DNA of 64,000 nt from the human T2T-CHM13v2.0 reference genome, Homo sapiens. How positions within the stretch are numbered: position 1 is the first letter of the stretch; every line of letters starts with the position of its first letter. Shown here piece by piece: positions 21,321 to 64,000 of this stretch. The notes under the pieces are model-generated. The model had not been told where the DNA came from. It was given only the letters and a program-made list of their open reading frames with translations, and did not search any database. The position numbers and the translations under genes are program-made. The stretch lies in NCBI RefSeq assembly GCF_009914755.1, contig NC_060930.1. One strand, written 5' to 3'.

Positions 21321-24300
21321 CTTCACACATACGGTGTTATTTCTACTAAGTTGTACTTGATTCTTCTCCAGTGGCTCTGTCTGGAGTTTATTTAATGTTA
21401 CTAGTTTGCCAATGAATAGACTAAGACAATAAGCAATTTTGCTTTTATTTCTTTATTTTAAAAAACTGCTTGTTAGTCTTATGAGAAAACAAAGTGAAGA
21501 ATAAAGGTAACTACTGCATGTACCACAGTAGCGAGAGAAAAAAGAGTGTCAATTAATCTAATTGATAGTCAGAGGATTGCATGGCTATTAGTGATGGAGT
21601 CGGGATTTGGGCACGTGTACATTTGTTGGATTTTGCAGCCTGGCATCTATATCCCATTTGTCTGGTGGCAAGATCCCATTTTTGCGTTGGGGCCATTATC
21701 CTCCAACATTGGGTAGTCTATGGTACTATTCCTCAAGGGACCCTCCCCTTCCTCAGATGAGTGTGAGCACCTGACCCACCCTAAGCCTATTGGAGTTCTC
21801 TCTTTTTGATCCAAAGTAGAAGCACTGACCATTGGTGTCTGCTGCCTGGATGCTGGAACTATCCTGGCTTCTGTCCTTTCCAAAGACCGCCTGTTCAGCT
21901 TTTCCTTCAGTTCTGTAAATATTTTTTCAATAATTTACTATTACTTATTAATCTGTTGCTTCTCTACAACCGGCTGCCTCCTCAGCTCCATGACTCCCAG
22001 CCTGGAGTCATAGAACAAAAGCTGAATGTGGGCACAGAAGGTTCAGCCACTGAGTGCCTATATGGTTTTGAACTCATTATTTGAAATTCAAGCTCATTAC
22101 CTGAAACAGGAAGAACACCTCCTCATAAGGCTGGTATGTGAATTCAATTAGATGAAATATGTGCTCTCCGAGATCAAGGACTTTGATTTAGTCTCTGCTG
22201 AATCCGCAGTGCCTATCACAGAACACAGAGAAGAGCTTCAATAAATGTGTTGGTTTAATGACAACTGCTTCTGAAAACACTTTGTTAACGCTAGTACGTA
22301 ACATGAATAGCTGTGTCCATTATGTCCAGGGTGAAGTCAGCCAATTTCGATTCTCCTCTCCTTAAAGTTTTGTCTTGCTTTCTCTTTCTTTCCTTGAATC
22401 TTCACACTAAATCTACTTTGTTTTTTAATTTTTTAAAAAGAGATAGGGTCTCACTCTGTCACCCAGGCTGGAGTGCAGTAGTGCAATCATAGCTCACTGC
22501 AATCTCTAACTCCTGTTCTCAAGCAATCCTCCTGCCTCAGCCTCACAACTAGCTGGGACCACAGGCATGGGCCACCATGCTTGGCTTTTTGCTTTTTTTT
22601 TTTTTTTTTTTTGGTAGAGATGGGTCTCCCTATGTTGCCCAGGCTAGTCTCAAACTCCTGTGCTCAAGATCCTCTGGCCTCTGCCTTCCAAAAGGATTAC
22701 AGGCATGAGTCACCACCCTGGGCCTCTGACTACTTTATTTTAAAGCCCAGCCAATTTATATCTTTTTATTATTATTATTATTATTATTTTTGAGACAGAG
22801 TCTCACTGTCACCCAGGCTGGAGTGCAGTGGCCATCTCGGCTCATTACAACCTCCGCCTCCCAGGTTCAAGCGACTCTCCTGACTCAGCCACCCTAGTAG
22901 CTGGGATTATAGGCAGGCACCACCACGCCAGGCTAATTTTTGTATTTTTAGTAGAGATGGGTTTTCGCCATATTGGCCAGGCTGGTCTAGAACTCCTGGC
23001 CTTAAGGGATCTTCCCGCCTCGGCTTCCCAAAGTTCTGGGATCCCAGGTGTCAGCCACCTCGCCAGGCTGCTTGATATCTTAAAATCAGAAAAGCCACCC
23101 ATCTTAAGTGGAGGGTGGGTGGGTCCATATTTACAGGAATGGAAGAAAGGAGGATGTTCCCTCTCTTTTGTCCACGTTCAGCAGCTCTGAAATTAATGCC
23201 AAGGCGAGCAAACGCCCGCCCCCCACCCCCTGCCGCCCTCGCCTTATGCCGAGACTTTGCTGTTGAACACGAAGTAAACGTTTCCCAGAAAGCCCAGTTT
23301 AAGAAACAATTCAGGGCGAGGTGAGGGCACAAAGGTAGAGAAATAAGGGGAAATGATATTTCTTTAAAGAACAGAGATCCCTGAATAGCACCGGGGGCCG
23401 TTACAGCCCATGAGGACATCTCCGAGTCCTTCTATATGACACTAGGGACCCCCGTGCCATATACAGACACTGTTCTCAGAGATTAGGAGGGGGAAAGAGG
23501 ATATTGCCACAGTTCTGTCCTTCGAAATGACTCCAGATGCTTCTGAGTCTGTGAGGCCCCTGTGTCCGTCATCAGCAAAACAAGTGAGGGAGAAGTTTGA
23601 GGAGTGATGACCCTAGCAGTTATGGGTTTAAGCCTGGGAATCTTAAGCCACAGAGCAGAGGATTTGGGGGCTGAAGAAAAAGACCCTCCGCAGCTTCAGC
23701 GCGAAGAGGGCGGCGGGGACCGGGGTGGTGGGGGTGGAACCTCGCCGCCTTCCGAAGCAGGAGTAAGCTGCAGAGGCTGCGCGGGGGTTTGAGCGGAGCG
23801 AGAACAGCTCCTTCCCTTGATCATGCTGCCCTCCGGAGGTCAGTTTAGGTATCGCCGCTCCCTTTCACGCTGTTTTGTCTCTTCACCGTCTGTTCTGGAT
23901 CATCCTGTCCAGAGAGACCGTTGGGTCAGAGGGTTCCTGTGGACCCCTGGGGCGAGCTTAATGTCCCCGAAAACTGCGTGCTCCAGTATCACTTGAATGC
24001 CCACCGGGTTCCGGAATCACGAGTCTCCAGAGCTGTCCCTTCGCCCCACGGCTCACATTCCAGGTCTGCCCCTCAGTGACTTCTGCAACAACACGCGCTT
24101 CTCGATCAGCTCTGAGGATTTGGGTTCTGCGACGGACAGGGGAAGGAAAGAAGGAAGGCTGTGAAGAACCGTGGTGCCTGCCTGCACAGCCCTCCTCGCG
24201 TGCGAGCATTAGTTGGCTAAAGTCGCCTGTCTCGACAGTCTCCCCTGCGGGGTATCTGGGGACCCTTTCTTTGGGAATCCACGCTCTTTGTCAGAGTAGC

Positions 24301-24899
24301 CAATGCCTCTCCTGTCCAAAATCTCATACCCTTGGCCCTTCTCCCGTCCTCGCGCTGAGGCTGGAGTCAGGTCAAATGTCAGAACATCTGGATGTCCCAA
24401 GAGTGACACCTGGGAGTGGGTGGGCAAGAAACCAGTAGCGGGAAGGGAAAGTGGAGGAGCAGAGGATTCCCGGGGCCGGCGTCTGGGGTGAGCTCGCGGC
24501 CCCTCAGAGCCTGGCACATCGCCGCCTGGCATCCGGCAGGCGTGAGGGAACGCATAGCGCAGCGAGTCAGGCGGGGTAAACCCGGAGCAACGCGGAGGCG
24601 GTGATCTGGGCAAGGGCGAGGTCAGTTAAGGACGCAGTTCTGGCCCCGCCCTCAAGGCACGCCTGGCCAATCAGGAATCGCTGATTCACCAAGCCTCTCC
24701 TCCTGCGCTCGCCCTCTTCTGCACTTCGGTCTCAGGCGCAAACACGTTCAAAGTCGCTAGGCCAAAGCGCTGAGATACGGTTTCCCAAGCCAATTAGAGA
24801 GCGGCTCTCGGATATGGGGCGGAACCCTGAAAAGGCGAGAGCTGAGATGCCGCTCCGTTCTGCCTTACCACGCCGCCCCCCAGCGTCCGCCAATTAGGA

Positions 24900-47037
<22,138 letters not shown>

Positions 47038-47481
47038 TCCCCGCAGCCTCACTTCCGGCAACTGTCAGTCCCGGCGAGTCCGTTCCCCGGAGTGGAGCTA
47101 CAAGTCCCAAAGGGTCTTCCTCAGCGCGAAATCGTTCCCAGATATTTGAGTTAAGTTGTTTGACTCCAGCTGTCCCCTTTCAGCTCTAACCACTTCACCC
47201 AACTGCAAATGGAAATATGGAAGTCTGAAACACAAACTAGCCCCGGAACCTTCGCTGTTCTCTTACCTATGAACCTTACGAACTGTAAAGAAAGGCGCAC
47301 CGGAAGTTGTGGTACCCAAGCCATACTCTCATAAATCCAGCCAGGTCGCGCTGAAACAGTTTCCGGAAGCACTTCTCCTAGATCGCACCGCCTCTTCCTC
47401 CTGGAAGCTATATAATGATATCGCGTCACTTCCGCTCTCTCTTCCACAGGAGGCCTACACGCCGCCGCTTGTGCTGCAGCC
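47038..47481. promoter_or_regulatory. Bidirectional VPS52/RPS18 CpG-island promoter with ETS sites, TATA-like box and 5'TOP initiator
   Basis: The two start codons are ~445 bp apart and divergent; CCGGAAGT 47300-47307, TTCCGGAA 47361-47368, ACTTCCG ~47428-47434; TATATAA 47409-47415; pyrimidine tract ctctctcttcc 47435-47445. Confidence 0.88.
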
Positions 47482-51828
<4,347 letters not shown>

Positions 51829-51848
51829 GTCTGTAGGCCTTGTCTGTT

Positions 51849-51854
51849 AATAAA
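51849..51854 (+). terminator. RPS18 polyadenylation signal
   Basis: AATAAA 20 nt after the stop codon. Confidence 0.9.
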
Positions 51855-52269
51855 TAGTTTATATACCTATGGCTTCCTGTCCTTTCTGTCCATTCTAATA
51901 GGGAATGTTAAAGTGCTGGGTCCTTTTTCCATTTAGAGCTGCCCTACTCAGTTGCCCACACAGTGCTATTAGTTTTAGCAGTGGTGATGCTGCAGACCCC
52001 CCAGTCTCCCTATATGTAGCTAGTGATGTCCCTCTCTGTAAAGAGAAATGTGAGGGTAAAACAGTTCAGCCTTGAGGGGCTGACCCAGACCAGTTTAGAG
52101 ACCAACACCCTGGGGTTGGTGTGCAGCATCATTGTGGAGTGGGTTAGCTGAGCCTAGCCAGTTGCAGTTAAGGTGAGTTTGCAGGTCTTGGTCACTCTGG
52201 GTTTTTTTGTTTTTGTTTTTGTTTTCTTTTAAGGGGTCATCTAGTCATAAGGGAAAATCCTTCGGGCTG

Positions 52270-52781
52270 TGACCGAAGCAACAAAGGCAAAAACGCGGAC
52301 GTTGGTTATGAAGGGTGTGGTCTCCCTGGTGGAGTACGTCGGTGGGTTGGGATGGGGAGCGGCTGGACAGACCGGTCTCACTCCGTTTGGTGCCACTCCA
52401 CCCGCCCGGGTTTCCGCGCCCTGCCGCGCTGCTCCGACGCCGCTTCCGGCGGGGATGGGAGCGCGCAACGCGGAAGCGGGCGGCAGACCGGCCGCCGGGG
52501 CGAGGCGGGGGAGGGGCCGTGAGTGCCGCAGTCGGCCAGCCATGGAGCGGAGCTTGCTGGCGGCGAGGCCGCGGCGACAAGGTAGCCACCCCCGCAGCAT
52601 GCCTCGACCGCGGTCCGCAGCTGCACCGCCTCTCCCCGCCCCCCAGGGTGCGCTGGTCCCGGTCGCGCGCTCAGACCTCCGCATCCCGGGCGTGGTCGGT
52701 TAAGTCCCCGGCCGTGACCCAGGCCCGGGGAGCTAGTCTCCGCCCTTCGCTCTTACGGATCCCCTCGGAGTACGCCGCACC
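52270..52781 (+). promoter_or_regulatory. B3GALT4 CpG-island promoter/5'UTR
   Basis: Very CpG-rich, GC boxes (gaggcggggg, ccccgccccc), ETS-like cttccgg / cggaag. Confidence 0.8.
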
Positions 52782-53918
52782 ATGCAGCTCAGGCTCTTCC
52801 GGCGCCTCCTTCTCGCCGCTTTGCTGCTGGTGATCGTCTGGACCCTCTTCGGGCCTTCGGGGTTGGGGGAGGAGCTGCTGAGCCTCTCACTAGCCTCCCT
52901 GCTCCCAGCCCCCGCCTCACCGGGGCCGCCCCTGGCCCTGCCCCGCCTCTTGATCCCCAACCAGGAAGCTTGCAGTGGTCCCGGGGCCCCTCCCTTCCTG
53001 CTCATCCTGGTGTGCACGGCTCCGGAGAACCTGAACCAGAGAAACGCCATTCGGGCTTCGTGGGGCGGGCTGCGCGAGGCCCGGGGGCTCAGGGTACAGA
53101 CGCTATTCTTGCTGGGAGAGCCGAACGCACAGCACCCCGTGTGGGGTTCCCAGGGGAGTGACCTGGCCTCGGAGTCAGCAGCCCAGGGGGATATCTTGCA
53201 GGCCGCCTTCCAGGACTCCTACCGCAACCTCACCCTAAAGACCCTCAGCGGGCTGAACTGGGCTGAGAAACACTGCCCCATGGCCCGATACGTCCTCAAG
53301 ACGGACGATGATGTGTATGTCAACGTCCCTGAACTGGTATCAGAGCTGGTCTTGCGAGGGGGCCGTTGGGGGCAATGGGAGAGAAGCACGGAACCCCAGA
53401 GAGAGGCTGAGCAGGAAGGAGGCCAGGTTTTGCACAGCGAGGAAGTGCCTCTTCTGTACTTGGGCCGGGTGCACTGGCGCGTGAACCCCTCTCGGACACC
53501 GGGGGGCAGGCACCGCGTATCAGAGGAGCAGTGGCCTCACACCTGGGGCCCCTTTCCACCCTATGCCTCAGGCACGGGGTATGTGCTGTCAGCGTCTGCT
53601 GTGCAGCTCATTCTCAAGGTGGCCAGCCGGGCACCCCTTCTCCCATTAGAGGATGTCTTTGTGGGGGTAAGTGCCCGACGAGGAGGCCTCGCCCCAACAC
53701 AGTGTGTCAAGCTGGCTGGTGCCACCCACTACCCGCTAGACCGGTGCTGCTATGGGAAATTCCTGCTGACGTCCCACAGGCTGGACCCCTGGAAGATGCA
53801 GGAAGCCTGGAAGCTGGTGGGTGGCTCTGACGGGGAAAGGACTGCGCCCTTTTGCTCCTGGTTCCAGGGAGTCCTGGGCATCCTGCGGTGTCGAGCAATA
53901 GCCTGGCTTCAGAGCTGA
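52782..53918 (+). CDS. B3GALT4: Beta-1,3-galactosyltransferase 4 (GM1/GD1b/GA1 synthase, GT31), single exon, 378 aa
   Basis: Type II N-terminal TM (LLLAALLLVIVWTLF); GT31 motifs RNAIRASW, FQDSYRNLTLKT, KTDDDVYVN, PPYASGTGYVLS, EDVFVG. Confidence 0.99.
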   Translation: MQLRLFRRLLLAALLLVIVWTLFGPSGLGEELLSLSLASLLPAPASPGPPLALPRLLIPNQEACSGPGAPPFLLILVCTAPENLNQRNAIRASWGGLREARGLRVQTLFLLGEPNAQHPVWGSQGSDLASESAAQGDILQAAFQDSYRNLTLKTLSGLNWAEKHCPMARYVLKTDDDVYVNVPELVSELVLRGGRWGQWERSTEPQREAEQEGGQVLHSEEVPLLYLGRVHWRVNPSRTPGGRHRVSEEQWPHTWGPFPPYASGTGYVLSASAVQLILKVASRAPLLPLEDVFVGVSARRGGLAPTQCVKLAGATHYPLDRCCYGKFLLTSHRLDPWKMQEAWKLVGGSDGERTAPFCSWFQGVLGILRCRAIAWLQS

Positions 53919-54167
53919 GAGTGCCTGGGGCCACAGGAAAGGCAGGAACAGGACCTTCTCTCTCCCAGGCCCAACGCAGGGGCCCTCACTGGCTGCAGCT
54001 GATCTGTTTCCTTATACCAGATCCTCAGTCTCACTAAAGACAGCGATATGGGAGACACCCAGGGGCCTGGCCCGCCAGCCCAAAAGATGGTCATCGGGAA
54101 GAGAAAAAGAAAAAAATGCTGCAGTTGTTCTCTCAAGCTAGGGCAGAAGAGGGGTGTCAAGCTCCTC

Positions 54168-54173
54168 AATAAA
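54168..54173 (+). terminator. B3GALT4 polyadenylation signal
   Basis: AATAAA ~250 nt after the stop codon. Confidence 0.8.
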
Positions 54174-54489
54174 CTTGTCTCCACTTCTTCGAGTGCAGTG
54201 TGGTCTTCACCAGGACCCCCAGAACACCACAAACCTGGAGAGCCCAGAGGCTGCCAGACCCTGCTGCATGGGAAGGACATCTCCAGGGACATGGGAGAGA
54301 GGACAGCCTCTCTGAGGAGGAAGGCCCCTAAAAGGCAAAGCTAAGGCCACAGCAGCCACAAGGTATGGGGTGGGGGTAGAGGCAGGACACTGACCCCTCC
54401 GATCCTAGAATGGCCTCATGCTTGGCAAGGGGGAGGGGAACAGGTCCACAAGATGATCCAGACACATTATCCAAAAAATCGCTTTCCTC

Positions 54490-54495
54490 TTTAAT
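54490..54495 (-). terminator. WDR46 polyadenylation signal (ATTAAA)
   Basis: tttaat on + strand, ~140 nt past the WDR46 stop codon. Confidence 0.7.
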
Positions 54496-54637
54496 ACCAA
54501 CCCACCCCAGGAGACAGCTGTCCACCCCCAGTTGGGGAAGGGGCCACACTGCCCCCACCTCCTTGTTCCAGGGAACACTCATTTCCCTACAGGTGATCTT
54601 GGGGAGAGACTGTTCCCAGGCAACCCTGGAGTCTGGC

Positions 54638-64000
<9,363 letters not shown>

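Overview
Human genomic DNA, recognisable as the extended MHC class II region of 6p21.3. It holds the complete 20-exon VPS52 gene (- strand, 723 aa reconstructed from splice sites), head-to-head RPS18 (+, 6 coding exons, 152 aa), intronless B3GALT4 (+, 378 aa) and the 3' 13 exons of WDR46 (-, continuing past the window end) with the intronic hairpin MIR6873. A CpG-rich promoter near 24.4-25.1 kb probably drives the antisense lncRNA HCG25. The first ~23 kb is Alu/L1/L2/LTR-dense and contains an Alu-interrupted HTATSF1 processed pseudogene. The most notable observations are: (1) a decayed Myb/SANT-like (MSANTD5-like) coding relic at 15651-16020 that the ORF track misses; (2) a WDR46 intronic minisatellite made of ~18 tandem copies of the exon/5'-splice-site junction, where use of any decoy donor would be non-productive; (3) two U12-type introns in VPS52, one AT-AC and one GT-AG; (4) a sense-oriented solo LTR22-like element with AATAAA inside VPS52 intron 17; (5) a strong-Kozak uORF ahead of B3GALT4. 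Most ORFs in the supplied track are Alu-derived or low-complexity artefacts. Gene and repeat names come from recall; no database searches were run.
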